From the NCBI GenBank assembly GCA_963727625.1, contig CAVSHR010000005.1, positions 416,001 through 480,000 of the forward strand: 64,000 nt of DNA, given 5' to 3'. This DNA comes from an uncultured delta proteobacterium. Lineage in GTDB: Bacteria > Desulfobacterota > Binatia > UBA9968. The notes beneath the pieces are model-generated. The model had not been told where the DNA came from. It did no database searches and worked only from the letters and a program-made list of their open reading frames with translations. This document shows positions 42,351 to 52,711 of this stretch, piece by piece. Position 1 is the first letter of the stretch; each line of letters starts with the position of its first letter. The translations under genes were made by a program, and so were the position numbers.

Positions 42351-43361
42351 ATGACCCGAATCAAGCTCACCGATCTTGTATTGGCTCTGTTATTTTTCTT
42401 CGTCCTATTGTTACACTCCTTTCCCGCCCACGCCCAGGAGAAAAAAAACCTCCGCATCGTCTTCGTCAGCCTGTCCTGGAATAATCAGCTCCCCTTTCGC
42501 ATTGCCGTGGCCAAAGGCTATTTCAAGGACCAGGGCCTCAGCGTGGAGCCGATTTTCGTGCGCGGCGGGCCGACGGCGATTGCCGCGTTGGCATCCGGCA
42601 ACGTCGATTTTGCCAGCATCGGCGGCGCCCAAGCGGCGATCCGCAGCAACGCCCGCGGTCTGGATCTCCATATCATTGCGTCGCTGTCCAATTACACCAA
42701 TTACGCGCTGCTCGGCAGCAAAGAAGCCAAGAGCATCGAAGAGCTGCGCGGCAAAGTCATCGGTGTTACCGGCGCCGGCTCGTTCTCTGATTTTACCATC
42801 AGAATTTTTCTTAAGCGAAACAATATCGATCCCGACAAGGACGTGACGCTGCGTGCCATCGGCGGCACCTCCCTGCGCGCCATCGCCATCGAGAAAGGCC
42901 TGATCGCCGCAGCGCCGTTTTCCGCAGAAGACACCGTAAGATTGCTCGACAAGGGTTACCCGATGATCGTCAATCTCAACGAAGCCTTGCGCATCCCGCA
43001 AAGCGTTTTCGTCACCCGCGGCGAAGTTCTGCAAAAATATCCGGAGACCACCAAGCGCTTTCTCAAAGCGGTGATTTTGGGAATGCAGTTCGCCAAGCAC
43101 AACAAAAAGGAGGCGATTCAGACAGGCTTTGCCGCGGGACTCAAGGGCGACCCGGATATTGTGAATCGCTCCTACGACCTTTTCAGCCCCGGCTACGCCG
43201 GGGATCTTTCCGTGGCGCAAGACGGCATCCAGATCATGCTCGATGAAGACATTCGCGCCGGCCTTGTCGACAAGAAATTTACCCTCGACCGGGTGATCGA
43301 CGAGCGGATTTTGAAACGAGCCCAGCAAGAGCTCAAAGACGAGGGCCGGCTGAAACCATGA
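42351..43361 (+). CDS. ABC substrate-binding protein (NMT1/SsuA family)
   Basis: GAGGAG RBS, signal peptide AHA, KGYFKDQGL, ALASGNVDF, ELRGKVIGV. Confidence 0.9.
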   Translation: MTRIKLTDLVLALLFFFVLLLHSFPAHAQEKKNLRIVFVSLSWNNQLPFRIAVAKGYFKDQGLSVEPIFVRGGPTAIAALASGNVDFASIGGAQAAIRSNARGLDLHIIASLSNYTNYALLGSKEAKSIEELRGKVIGVTGAGSFSDFTIRIFLKRNNIDPDKDVTLRAIGGTSLRAIAIEKGLIAAAPFSAEDTVRLLDKGYPMIVNLNEALRIPQSVFVTRGEVLQKYPETTKRFLKAVILGMQFAKHNKKEAIQTGFAAGLKGDPDIVNRSYDLFSPGYAGDLSVAQDGIQIMLDEDIRAGLVDKKFTLDRVIDERILKRAQQELKDEGRLKP

Positions 43362-43370
43362 GAATAAGCG

Positions 43371-43718
43371 ATGAAACGCTGACCCGCCGCGAGGCTCCTC
43401 TACGGATTGCTCCTTTGTCTTTGGCTGGACCAGGCTCGAGTCCACGAGGCAACCCGGCATGGGAATCCGAATGAGCCAACGGCATCGAAGCGGGCAAGGA
43501 AGAAAGGAGCGCTCACAATCTCGCACACCCGAGGCCCGTTTGAAAAGCTGTTCGCCGATTTCTCAAAACGCTATCCAACGATCAAGATCGTTTCGATTTC
43601 CGGCCGCGGCGGCGATCTGATCTCGCGCCTCACGGCGGACCGGCAGGCGGCAAAATATCGCACGGAAATTTATCTCGACGCGGCGGAAGAGATGATCGAT
43701 GAAGCTCCAAAACGATAG
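43371..43718 (+). pseudogene. Truncated N-terminal relic of an Fe(III)/thiamine-type solute-binding protein
   Basis: MKR* early stop, then KKGALTI ... FSKRYPTIKIVSISGRGGDLISRL...AAKY; no C-terminal part. Confidence 0.55.
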
Positions 43719-43815
43719 CGCGAAACTTCGCCGCGCTGTTTGAATATCGATTATTTCTGGATCTCAGCCCCGCCGCAAGAATCTCCCGTTGGACAGTACA
43801 AAAGATTTTTCTCTC

Positions 43816-43824
43816 TGTTATAAT
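43816..43824 (+). promoter_or_regulatory. Extended -10 promoter upstream of top6B
   Basis: TGTTATAAT about 170 nt upstream of ATG 43995. Confidence 0.5.
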
Positions 43825-43994
43825 CAAAGCCAGCGATGATCACGTTGATTCGTGAAAATTTAATTCTGCGTTAAAAGCTTGCCTTGCCGTTTGCTCGTGT
43901 TGCAATCTCCGAACAAAATAGACTGTCATCCTGCTGTCAGGGCGCAATATTTCGCAGCGCTCCAATCGCCGAAGAAGGAGAAAGAAACCCAGAA

Positions 43995-46043
43995 ATGGCG
44001 AAACCGATGCTGAAATCCAACGGCGCGGCGGCCGAAACGCCGAGCGCCGAGCCGAAATCGAAAACGACCCTGTCTGCGGCCGAGATGGGCGCGCGTCAGC
44101 GTGAAATCTCGGTCTCCGAGTTTTTTACCAAGAACCGTCACTTGCTGGGCTTTGACAGCCCGCGCAAGGCCCTGCTCACCTGCGTTAAAGAGGCCGTCGA
44201 TAACGCGCTCGACGCCTGCGAAGAGGCCGGAATCTTACCTGAAGTCGTCGTCAAGCTCGACGTGGTGGCCAACGACGGCGCCGCGCCTGCCCCGAGCCAA
44301 GCGAACCGCTTTCGCATCACCGTGGTCGACTATGGCCCCGGCATCGTGCGCCAGCAGATCCCGCCGATTTTCGCCAAGCTGCTTTACGGGTCGAAATTCC
44401 ACCGGCTGCGCATGAGCCGCGGCCAGCAGGGCATCGGCATTTCCGCCGCCGGGATGTACGCGCAATTGACCACTGGAAAACCGGTGCAGATCATCTCGCG
44501 CACCGGCGCGCGAGCGCCGGCTCATTACTTCGAGGTGCAGATCGATACCAAGAAAAACGAGCCGCGCATCTTCGAGAACAAAAAAATCGATTGGGAAAAT
44601 CATCGCGGCACGCAAGTGACGCTCGAGATCGAAGGACGCTACCAAAAGGGGCGCGCCTCAGTGGACGAATATCTCGAGCAGACGGCGATCGCCAACCCGC
44701 ATGTCACGCTCGTCTACCATACGCCCGACGGCGAGGTTAGGACCTTTCCGCGCACCATCGAGGAGCTTCCGCCCCAGCCTCGGGAGATCAAGCCGCACCC
44801 CTACGGCATCGAGTTCGGCATGATGCTCAAGATGCTGCACGACACCAAGAGCCACTCCCTGAGCGGCTTTCTATCCAGTGAGTTTAGCCGCGTTTCCGCC
44901 GGTCTTGCGCAAGCCATCTGCAAAAACGCCAAGCTATCGCCCGACACGAGGCCGCGCAATCTGCACGGCGCGGCCGCCGAGACGCTTTACAAAACCATCC
45001 AGAGCACCAAGATCATGGCGCCGCCGAGCAATTGCATTTCTCCGATCGGCGAGCGCGCGATCCTGCACGGCTTGTACAAGCAAATCAAAGGCGAGTTTTA
45101 TACGGCTGTCACCCGGCCGCCCTCGGTCTATCGCGGCAATCCTTTCGTCATCGAAGCCGGCTTGGCCTTCGGCAGGGGCCCGGAGCAGGCTGCGGAAAAA
45201 CTCCCACAGCCGGCGGCACCGCTCGCTGAAGGCGAATCTCATGATGGGGACGACGAATTGGCGCGTGTCATTCGCTATGCCAACCGCGTGCCGCTGCTTT
45301 ACCAGCAGTCCTCCTGTGCGACGTTCAAGGCCGTGCTCGACACCACATGGCGCAACTACGGCGTGGCGCAATCCCGCGGCGCGCTGCCTGCCGGGCCCAT
45401 GGTGATCTTCGTGCACATGGCCTCGGTCTGGGTGCCGTTTACCAGCGAATCCAAAGAAGCCATCGCCGACTACGACGAGATCAGAAAAGAAATCAAACTC
45501 GCCCTGCAGGAATGCGGCCGGCGACTTGGCGTCTTTCTCAGGCGCCGCGAGCGCGCCAAGAGCGAGTTCCGCCGGCGCAATATTTTCGAGCTCTACATCG
45601 AAGAAGTCGTCGACGCCTGCAATCGCTTGAAGGGCGGCAAACTTGCCAAAGAAAAACTCAAGAACCAACTGCAAAAGATCGCCAGCAAACGAACCGGCGG
45701 CGAGAAGACCGATGAGATCCTGGGCCGTGACGGCGGCGGGCCGGAAGGTCTCCCCTATTCGATCATCGTCACCCCCGAGGGCACCGAAGGCGACGCTCCG
45801 ATTTTGCCCGGTGACGAGCAAAGGGATGTTGCGATGCCGCAAGAAACCGCTGCGGAGGCGCCGGAACTGGAATTGCCCGCGCTAACGGAAACAAAGTTAA
45901 AGTCGGCCGGCAAAGCCGGCAACACTTCGGCGAAGGCCAAGCCGGCGCGCGGCACCAAGGCCCAAGGTGAGAAGCAGATGAACCTGGGCTTTGAACGATC
46001 CGGCGCAAGCGCCAAGTCAAACCGGAACAATAGGAAAAAATGA
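43995..46043 (+). CDS. top6B: DNA topoisomerase VI subunit B
   Basis: EISVSEFF, GHKL boxes KEAVDNALDA / DYGPGI / SRGQQGIGISAA / GTQV, PHPYG, RYANRVPL, VPFTSESKEAI. Confidence 0.95.
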   Translation: MAKPMLKSNGAAAETPSAEPKSKTTLSAAEMGARQREISVSEFFTKNRHLLGFDSPRKALLTCVKEAVDNALDACEEAGILPEVVVKLDVVANDGAAPAPSQANRFRITVVDYGPGIVRQQIPPIFAKLLYGSKFHRLRMSRGQQGIGISAAGMYAQLTTGKPVQIISRTGARAPAHYFEVQIDTKKNEPRIFENKKIDWENHRGTQVTLEIEGRYQKGRASVDEYLEQTAIANPHVTLVYHTPDGEVRTFPRTIEELPPQPREIKPHPYGIEFGMMLKMLHDTKSHSLSGFLSSEFSRVSAGLAQAICKNAKLSPDTRPRNLHGAAAETLYKTIQSTKIMAPPSNCISPIGERAILHGLYKQIKGEFYTAVTRPPSVYRGNPFVIEAGLAFGRGPEQAAEKLPQPAAPLAEGESHDGDDELARVIRYANRVPLLYQQSSCATFKAVLDTTWRNYGVAQSRGALPAGPMVIFVHMASVWVPFTSESKEAIADYDEIRKEIKLALQECGRRLGVFLRRRERAKSEFRRRNIFELYIEEVVDACNRLKGGKLAKEKLKNQLQKIASKRTGGEKTDEILGRDGGGPEGLPYSIIVTPEGTEGDAPILPGDEQRDVAMPQETAAEAPELELPALTETKLKSAGKAGNTSAKAKPARGTKAQGEKQMNLGFERSGASAKSNRNNRKK

Positions 46044-47149
46044 TGGCGCAAAAAAAACCAAAAAATAATGGTGTAGTTGAGAAGAAACTCATCGGCGTTG
46101 CCGACGTCGTCATCGGCGCCGCGCAACGGAGCCAGGACCCCGCGCTGTCGATTCCGGTGCGCAGTCTCGCCAACGTCAAGTTCAACGAGAAGCGCGGCAT
46201 CATCGAGATGGGCAAAAGAAAACAGGCGCGCACCTTCTTCAACGTCGGCATGGCGAAGAAGTTTATGCAGACGGTGCTGGTTGCGGACGCACTTGCCGAG
46301 CTGCAGCGCGCCAACTTGACGACCTCGCTCCGCGAAATTTACTACAGAACCAAGCATACCATTAAGAACTCCCACGAGAATACCTTCGACGGCCAGAACG
46401 AATCGGACCCGCTGATCGAAGACCTCGAAGTCACGCTCGAAGCCCTGCGCGAAGAGCTGCACGTGCGCGCCGAGAACTCGGGGACGGTCGTTGGCCCGCT
46501 GGTGCTGGTCGATGACGGCGACCGAGTCGATTGCACCCGGCTCGGCAAAGGCGGCTATTCGGTCCCCTCCATCGTCGAGCCCGAGTATATTCAGATCAGC
46601 AAGTGCACGGCGGACTTCGTCCTGCTCGTCGAGAAAGGCACCCAGTGGAACCGCTTGTCGGAAGACAAATTCTGGCGCCGCTACAATTGCATTTTGCTGA
46701 CGGGCAACGGCCAGCCGCCCCGCGGCGTGCGCCGCCTGGCGCGCCGGCTGCACGAAGAGTACAAACTTCCCGTTTACGTCTTGGTCGACAACGATCCCTG
46801 GGGTTACTACATCTACTCGGTCATCAAGCAGGGCTCGATCAATCTCGCCTTCGAAAGCCAGCGCATGGCGATTCCCAAAGCGAAGTTCATCGGCTTCTCC
46901 AGCGCCGATCCCGACCGCTATGGTTTGCCTCGCACCGTCGGTATTAAATTGAACGACAAAGACATCAACCGCGCCAAGGAGCTGATGAAGTACAAATGGT
47001 TTCAGAAAAAACAGTGGCAGAACGAAATCAAAGGCATGCTTTCGAGCGGCCTCAAGTACGAGCTTGACGCCCTGGCGAATAAGGACTTTCAGTATCTCAC
47101 CAAGACTTACCTGCCGAGAAAGCTAAAAGACAAAGACTGGTTGGATTGA
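46040..47149 (+). CDS. top6A: DNA topoisomerase VI subunit A (Spo11-like)
   Basis: SLREIYY catalytic Tyr, TOPRIM VEKG and DNDPWG, GNGQP, ELDAL; ATGA overlap with top6B. Confidence 0.95.
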   Translation: MMAQKKPKNNGVVEKKLIGVADVVIGAAQRSQDPALSIPVRSLANVKFNEKRGIIEMGKRKQARTFFNVGMAKKFMQTVLVADALAELQRANLTTSLREIYYRTKHTIKNSHENTFDGQNESDPLIEDLEVTLEALREELHVRAENSGTVVGPLVLVDDGDRVDCTRLGKGGYSVPSIVEPEYIQISKCTADFVLLVEKGTQWNRLSEDKFWRRYNCILLTGNGQPPRGVRRLARRLHEEYKLPVYVLVDNDPWGYYIYSVIKQGSINLAFESQRMAIPKAKFIGFSSADPDRYGLPRTVGIKLNDKDINRAKELMKYKWFQKKQWQNEIKGMLSSGLKYELDALANKDFQYLTKTYLPRKLKDKDWLD

Positions 47150-47206
47150 GTCGCGGCGATCGTCTCTAGCCAACCGTATTTTTATTACGGCATCGCGGCC
47201 AAGAAT

Positions 47207-48574
47207 CTAGGGTCGAGAAGGCGGCCTGTCTGAAAGATTCTGGGCAAAGGCATGACGATCGTCTGGAAACGACGCCGGCCGGTACCAGTCCGCCCGCGTC
47301 AGCGGCAAGCCGCTTTGACCGCGCTCCGGTTTCGTCAACAACGTCTGATACAGGCTTAAACGGCCACAGCGAAACTCGTAAGCCGACCCAGCCAAATACA
47401 ACCGGAAAACCCGGAAACTCAGCGGATCGGTTTGCCGCTCAATCTCCGCCTGGGCAGCCTCGAACCGTCTGAGCCATTGTTCCAGCGTCAACTTGTAGTG
47501 TTCGCGCAGGCTTTCGACGTCGCGCACCTCGAAGCCCGCGGCCTCCGCGCCGGCCACGGTGCGCCCAAGGGTGGCGAGAAAATGATCGGGAAACACATAT
47601 CGATCCATGAACGAGCGGCCCGGCCGCTCTTGAATGCTCGGCACGCACACGATGGCATGGTGGAGAAATTGACCGCCGGGGCGAAGCAGCTCGAACGCTC
47701 GGGCAAAATAATCGTCAAAACAATTTTCCGGAACATGTTCGGCAGCGCCCACGCTGGCGATGCGATCGAAGCTGTCAGCGGGGCGGAACTCGAGAAAGTT
47801 TGCGACCTCGACGCGGCACTGATGCGCCAAACCCGCCGCGCCAATCCGCTCGCGCGCGACTTCTGCCTGGTGCGGGCTGAGCGTGAGCCCGAGAGTCTCC
47901 ACGCCATAGTTGGCCGCGGCGTGCATCACCAGCGCACCCCAACCGCACCCCATGTCGAGCAGACGATGCCCCGGTCGGAGACGCAATTTACGGCAGATAT
48001 AATCGAGCTTGCTCTTTTGCGCTTCGGCCAACGAGGCCCGAGACGACTCAAAGTAAGCACAACTGTAAGACAGCGACTCATCGAGCCATAATTTCCAGAA
48101 ATCCACCGGGTGATCGTAATGATAATTCACCGCGGCACGGATGCGGGCGGCGGTCGGCGTAAAACGTCGGGCGAATCCGGAAAAAACTCCGTCGCGCGGA
48201 TACTTCGGCGCGGGGATCGACCAAAGCCAGCGCGCCAAGCGTAGTTTTTCCGCCGGCGGATAGTGGATTCTCAGCAACCGATCGCCGGATTCGAAAACAT
48301 CGATAAGCGAGCCCTGAACATCCAAATGGCCATAGATATAGGCCTCGCCGAAACTGAGCGAGCTCACGTTGCTGAACATGCTGCGCACGACGTTGGGCGT
48401 GCGAAAGATCAGCTTGAAATCCGCAGGCCCGTTTGGTTCCGCCGGCCACTGCTCGCCGTCCCAGAGCTGAACGGCAAATTCTCGCGGCCCCAACCGCGCC
48501 AAGACCGTTTGCAAGAGCGACCGCGCCGAGAGTTCTATGGAATCCGTTATCGGAGTTGATGTTGCCGTCATCAT
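47207..48574 (-). CDS. cfa: Cyclopropane-fatty-acyl-phospholipid synthase family methyltransferase
   Basis: FGEAY, YHYD, YSCAYF, LDMGCGWG, YVFP, LREHY. Confidence 0.9.
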   Translation of the reverse strand: MMTATSTPITDSIELSARSLLQTVLARLGPREFAVQLWDGEQWPAEPNGPADFKLIFRTPNVVRSMFSNVSSLSFGEAYIYGHLDVQGSLIDVFESGDRLLRIHYPPAEKLRLARWLWSIPAPKYPRDGVFSGFARRFTPTAARIRAAVNYHYDHPVDFWKLWLDESLSYSCAYFESSRASLAEAQKSKLDYICRKLRLRPGHRLLDMGCGWGALVMHAAANYGVETLGLTLSPHQAEVARERIGAAGLAHQCRVEVANFLEFRPADSFDRIASVGAAEHVPENCFDDYFARAFELLRPGGQFLHHAIVCVPSIQERPGRSFMDRYVFPDHFLATLGRTVAGAEAAGFEVRDVESLREHYKLTLEQWLRRFEAAQAEIERQTDPLSFRVFRLYLAGSAYEFRCGRLSLYQTLLTKPERGQSGLPLTRADWYRPASFPDDRHAFAQNLSDRPPSRP

Positions 48575-48786
48575 GACCTCCGCAGCTGGAAACGGGACGC
48601 CGAAGCAGGTGGAGGCGACTCAACTTCACCCACCGACCGCCCGTGAGCCATCGTTTGGTTTGTTGGCAGACTTAAAGGGGCCCTTCCGGACCTAGGGAAA
48701 TTCCACCACCTTGGGAGAGGTTATTCAATGGGCTGGATTCGTCGCGCTGGTCCCCGGGAGTGCGGCCCATGCCGCGATACGATCGG

Positions 48787-51180
48787 TTATTTTTTCAATT
48801 TGGCGCGCTCCAGCGCCAAGGCGAACGCGCCGCTGGGTTTCGGTTCAACGCGCTCCTGCGCGCGCTTCGAATCAGGTGGACGCGACTCGCCCTGTCCACG
48901 CGCCGCGCTGTCGATTTGCTTGGCGCGCGGATTACCGAGGGGCGGACTACCGCCGGGTGTGTCGTCGAGGCGCATGGTCAGCGAAATGCGCCGGCGCTTT
49001 TCGTCGACTTCCATCACCTTCACTTTGACGATCTGTGCAGGCTTGACGATCTCCTGCGGGTCCTTGACGAACTTGTTCGCCAGCTGAGACACGTGCACGA
49101 GGCCGTCCTGATGCACGCCGATATCGACGAAGGCTCCGAAAGCGGCCACGTTGGTCACCACGCCTTCGAGGATCATGCCCGGCTGCAAGTCGGCAAGCGA
49201 CTCGATACCTTCTCGAAATGTCGCGGCTTTGAATTCCGGGCGCGGGTCGCGGCCGGGTTTTTCCAGCTCGGCGAGGATATCGCGCACCGTCGGCACTCCA
49301 AACTTTTCATCGGTGAAGGACTCGGGCGCAAGCCCCTTCAACGCCGCCGATTGCCCCATCAATTGGCCAATCTCTTTGCCGATGCGGGCGAGAATCCGCT
49401 CCACCACCGGATACGCTTCCGGATGGACCGCAGAACGATCGAGTGGATTGTCACCATCGTTGATGCGCAGGAAGCCCGCGGCCTGCTCGAAAGTCTTGTC
49501 GCCCAATCGCGGTACTTTGCGGATGGTCATGCGATCGGTGAACCGGCCGTTGCCGTTTCTGAACTCGACGATGTTTTTCGCCAGCGCGCTGTTGAGCCCC
49601 GACACGCGCGCGAGCAGCGGCGCCGACGCGGTGTTCACGTCCACGCCCACGGCGTTGACGCAGTCTTCCACCGTGGCGTCGAGCGCGCGCGCCAGCGCTC
49701 TCTGGTTGACGTCGTGCTGATATTGGCCGACGCCGATCGCCTTGGGCTCGATTTTTACGAGCTCGGCGAGCGGATCTTGCAGGCGGCGCGCGATCGACAC
49801 CGCGCCGCGCAAGCTGACGTCGAGGTCGGGAAACTCGGCGGCGGCCAGGGCCGATGCGGAATAGACCGACGCGCCCGCTTCGCTGACCACGATCTTGTTG
49901 ACTTTCCGTTCCGGCATCTTCGCCGCGACCAAGTTGATCGCTTCGGCCGCGAGCTTGTCGGTCTCGCGGCTGGCGGTGCCGTTGCCGATGGAGACCAGCT
50001 CGACCTTATGCTGCACGATCATGCGCGCCAGCGTCGCCAGGGAGCCCTGCCAATCGTTACGCGGTGGGTGCGGATAGATCGTCGTCGTTTCGAGCAGCTT
50101 GCCGGTGGCATCGACCGCCGCGACCTTGCAGCCGGTACGGATACCAGGGTCGAGGCCGAGCACCGCCTTGGGACCCGCGGGCGCTGCCAGTAAAAGCTCG
50201 TGCAGGTTGCGGCCGAAGATTTTGATCGCCTCGGCCCCCGCCGCTTCGCGCAGCTGCATCAGGAGCTCGGTGCTGATATGCGGGTGCACACGGACGCGCC
50301 AGCTCCATTGACAAACTTCGCCGAGCCACGGGTCGGCCGCCCGGCCGCGCTCTTCGATGCCGAAGTGCGCGGCGATCATCGCGACGCAGGGATGCGGCAC
50401 GGCGGCTTCAAGTTCGTCGCCCAAGCCCAGGTTGATCGTCAACACCTCCAAAGCCTCGCCACGGAACAGCGCCAGGGCGCGATGCGACGGGATGGTGCGG
50501 ATTGTTTCCGAGTAATCGTAATAATCGCGGAATTTTTCCGCCTCGGCTCCCTCTTTGCCCTTCGCTACTTTGGCGCTGACCACCCCCTGCTCCCACAGGC
50601 GCGTGCGCAGCTTCGCCAGCAGCTCGGCGGTCTCGGCAAACCGCTCGGCAAGAATATCGCGCGCGCCGTCGAGGGCGGCTTTGACGTCCGGCACGCCGTT
50701 TTCGGCCGCGGGTTTGTCGTTGACGAACTTGGCGGCTTCCACCGGCGGGTCTAGCGATGGATCAGCGAACAGCGCATCGGCCAGCGGCTCCAGTCCGGCC
50801 TCGCGTGCGATCTGCGCGCGCATGCGCCGTTTAGGCTTGTACGGCAGATAAAGATCTTCCAGCGCCTGCTTGGTCGCCGCCGCTTCGATGGCGCGGCGCA
50901 GCTCATCGGTGAGCTTTCCCTGCTCCTCGATGGAGGCGAAGATCATCCCGCGCCGCTCTTCGAGCTCGCGCAGATAACCCAACCGCTGTTCGAGATTGCG
51001 CAGCTGCGTGTCGTCGAGATTGCCGGTGACTTCCTTGCGATAGCGCGCAATGAACGGCACCGTCGCGCCTTCGTCGAGCAGCGCCACCGCCGCGGCGACC
51101 TGCTGCGCCCCGGCACCGAGTTCGGCGGCGATCATTTGATAAATTTTGACCTGCGTAGATTCCGAAAGGTTTTGAGTCAT
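48787..51180 (-). CDS. tex: Tex-family RNA-binding transcription accessory protein
   Basis: [42 protein letters not shown]-terminal S1 domain. Confidence 0.96.
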   Translation of the reverse strand: MTQNLSESTQVKIYQMIAAELGAGAQQVAAAVALLDEGATVPFIARYRKEVTGNLDDTQLRNLEQRLGYLRELEERRGMIFASIEEQGKLTDELRRAIEAAATKQALEDLYLPYKPKRRMRAQIAREAGLEPLADALFADPSLDPPVEAAKFVNDKPAAENGVPDVKAALDGARDILAERFAETAELLAKLRTRLWEQGVVSAKVAKGKEGAEAEKFRDYYDYSETIRTIPSHRALALFRGEALEVLTINLGLGDELEAAVPHPCVAMIAAHFGIEERGRAADPWLGEVCQWSWRVRVHPHISTELLMQLREAAGAEAIKIFGRNLHELLLAAPAGPKAVLGLDPGIRTGCKVAAVDATGKLLETTTIYPHPPRNDWQGSLATLARMIVQHKVELVSIGNGTASRETDKLAAEAINLVAAKMPERKVNKIVVSEAGASVYSASALAAAEFPDLDVSLRGAVSIARRLQDPLAELVKIEPKAIGVGQYQHDVNQRALARALDATVEDCVNAVGVDVNTASAPLLARVSGLNSALAKNIVEFRNGNGRFTDRMTIRKVPRLGDKTFEQAAGFLRINDGDNPLDRSAVHPEAYPVVERILARIGKEIGQLMGQSAALKGLAPESFTDEKFGVPTVRDILAELEKPGRDPRPEFKAATFREGIESLADLQPGMILEGVVTNVAAFGAFVDIGVHQDGLVHVSQLANKFVKDPQEIVKPAQIVKVKVMEVDEKRRRISLTMRLDDTPGGSPPLGNPRAKQIDSAARGQGESRPPDSKRAQERVEPKPSGAFALALERAKLKK

Positions 51181-51347
51181 AGAAAATTAACCCGTGTGTG
51201 TTGCGGAATTGAAAGTATCACGCGATCGAAGTCATCAACAGCACGGGAATTTAGCAGAAGACTTGCAGCGCTTCCAGGTCGGAGCAACCGCAAGCCGGCA
51301 GCCAGACGCCGGATTGACATCCTCTGGTAAAGAGGTAGCAAGTACAC

Positions 51348-52091
51348 ATGGCAGCACATCTAACGATGAGATCCGGCAATCCGGTTTTGACCGGGGATAC
51401 TTTCCGAAGAGAGCGGGCGCTCGCGGGCGGCGATGTGATGACGGTAGCCGGAGCGGTCAACAAAACCGCGCTGCTTTTGGCCATCTTGTTTGTGACGGCG
51501 ACGTACACCTGGGGCCAGGGACCGGCGGCGTCGGGCTATATCATGGTCGGCGCCCTCGGCGGCATGGTCGTCGCGCTGGTCACAGTCTTCAAAAAATCTT
51601 GGGCGCCGGTGACCGCGCCGATTTACGCGGCTTTAGAGGGCCTTGCTCTCGGCGGAATTTCCGTGCTGTTCGAGAGCCGTTATCCGGGAATCGTCAGCCA
51701 GGCAATCTTCCTCACCTTCGGCACGCTCGCCGCCTTGCTGATCGCCTATCGCTCCGGCTGGATTCAAGCGACGGAAAATTTCAAGTTGGGCGTCGCCGCC
51801 GCCACCGGCGGGATTTTTTTCGTCTATCTGATCAGTTTCGTGCTGGGCTTTTTCGGCATGAGCATCCCGCTGATTCATGGCAGCGGCACTTTCGGCATCC
51901 TCTTCAGTCTCTTCGTCGTGGTCATCGCCGCGCTGAACCTGGTGCTGGACTTTGACTTCATCGAGCAGGGCGCCGAGCAAGGCGCGCCGAAATACATGGA
52001 ATGGTTTGCTGCCTTCGCTCTCATGGTCACGCTGGTCTGGCTCTATCTTGAGATTCTCCGCCTGCTCAGCAAACTTCAGGACCGGCGCTAA
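51348..52091 (+). CDS. Bax inhibitor-1 / YccA-family membrane protein
   Basis: RSGNPV, YAALEG, YPGIV, LVLDFDFIE, LVWLYLEILRLL. Confidence 0.9.
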   Translation: MAAHLTMRSGNPVLTGDTFRRERALAGGDVMTVAGAVNKTALLLAILFVTATYTWGQGPAASGYIMVGALGGMVVALVTVFKKSWAPVTAPIYAALEGLALGGISVLFESRYPGIVSQAIFLTFGTLAALLIAYRSGWIQATENFKLGVAAATGGIFFVYLISFVLGFFGMSIPLIHGSGTFGILFSLFVVVIAALNLVLDFDFIEQGAEQGAPKYMEWFAAFALMVTLVWLYLEILRLLSKLQDRR

Positions 52092-52331
52092 TCACCGAAC
52101 TCAGCGGCGTTGACGAAAACGATGCGCCGAGTAAAGCTCAACCTGGGCACGCCACTTGAGTGTAAAGCGGCGCCCTGCCTTGTATTAACCCTATCTCCGC
52201 GTTAGGTTTTTCAAGTGCACATGTGAATTATCTCTAACTTGTCGCTTAATTTATGGAGCGATCGCCCGGGCGGCTTGTCAATTGTTACAGAATTGAATTA
52301 CCGTTCCATCTCTTTCGAGAGGGGAGTTAAG

Positions 52332-52574
52332 ATGATCCGTCTGAAAACCGAGACGCGCGCCTGCTTGCTCGACAGCACCCAGCCCGGTTCGCTCGTGCAC
52401 GAGCTGCTCTCCGGCGCTCCCGTGGTCACCAGGTTCGGCGACCCGCCGGGAGGTCTCTACGAAGTTGACTGCAGCGATGAACACTGCGAGGAGCTTTTGG
52501 CCGTCGCCTCCAAGCATTGTCCCGACTCTGTGCAAGAAATCGAAGCTGAAATCAGCCGTCAAACCCGCGCCTAA
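52332..52574 (+). CDS. Small hypothetical protein (80 aa) with a C-x4-C ... HCP pattern
   Basis: GAGGGGAG RBS; YEVDCSDEHCEELLAVASKHCPD. Confidence 0.65.
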   Translation: MIRLKTETRACLLDSTQPGSLVHELLSGAPVVTRFGDPPGGLYEVDCSDEHCEELLAVASKHCPDSVQEIEAEISRQTRA

Positions 52575-52711
52575 TCGGTGAGGTGTCACTTTGTATCCGT
52601 GAGATTTCACCGCGACCAGGGCGTCTTGGAAACTCTTATTAGCGAACTAACCCCTATTGGATGCTTCATCGAAGACCAATGTCGGGCCAACGCGCAGGAG
52701 AAGGGTCTCTT

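Noticed and set aside
48575-48730. Riboswitch upstream of cfa
   Set aside because: No known aptamer consensus or convincing stems recognised
48760-50193. Long antisense ORFs (also 42411-43526, 45755-46753, 55098-56309, 14308-15231)
   Set aside because: Shadows of well-supported genes in GC-rich DNA, without recognisable motifs
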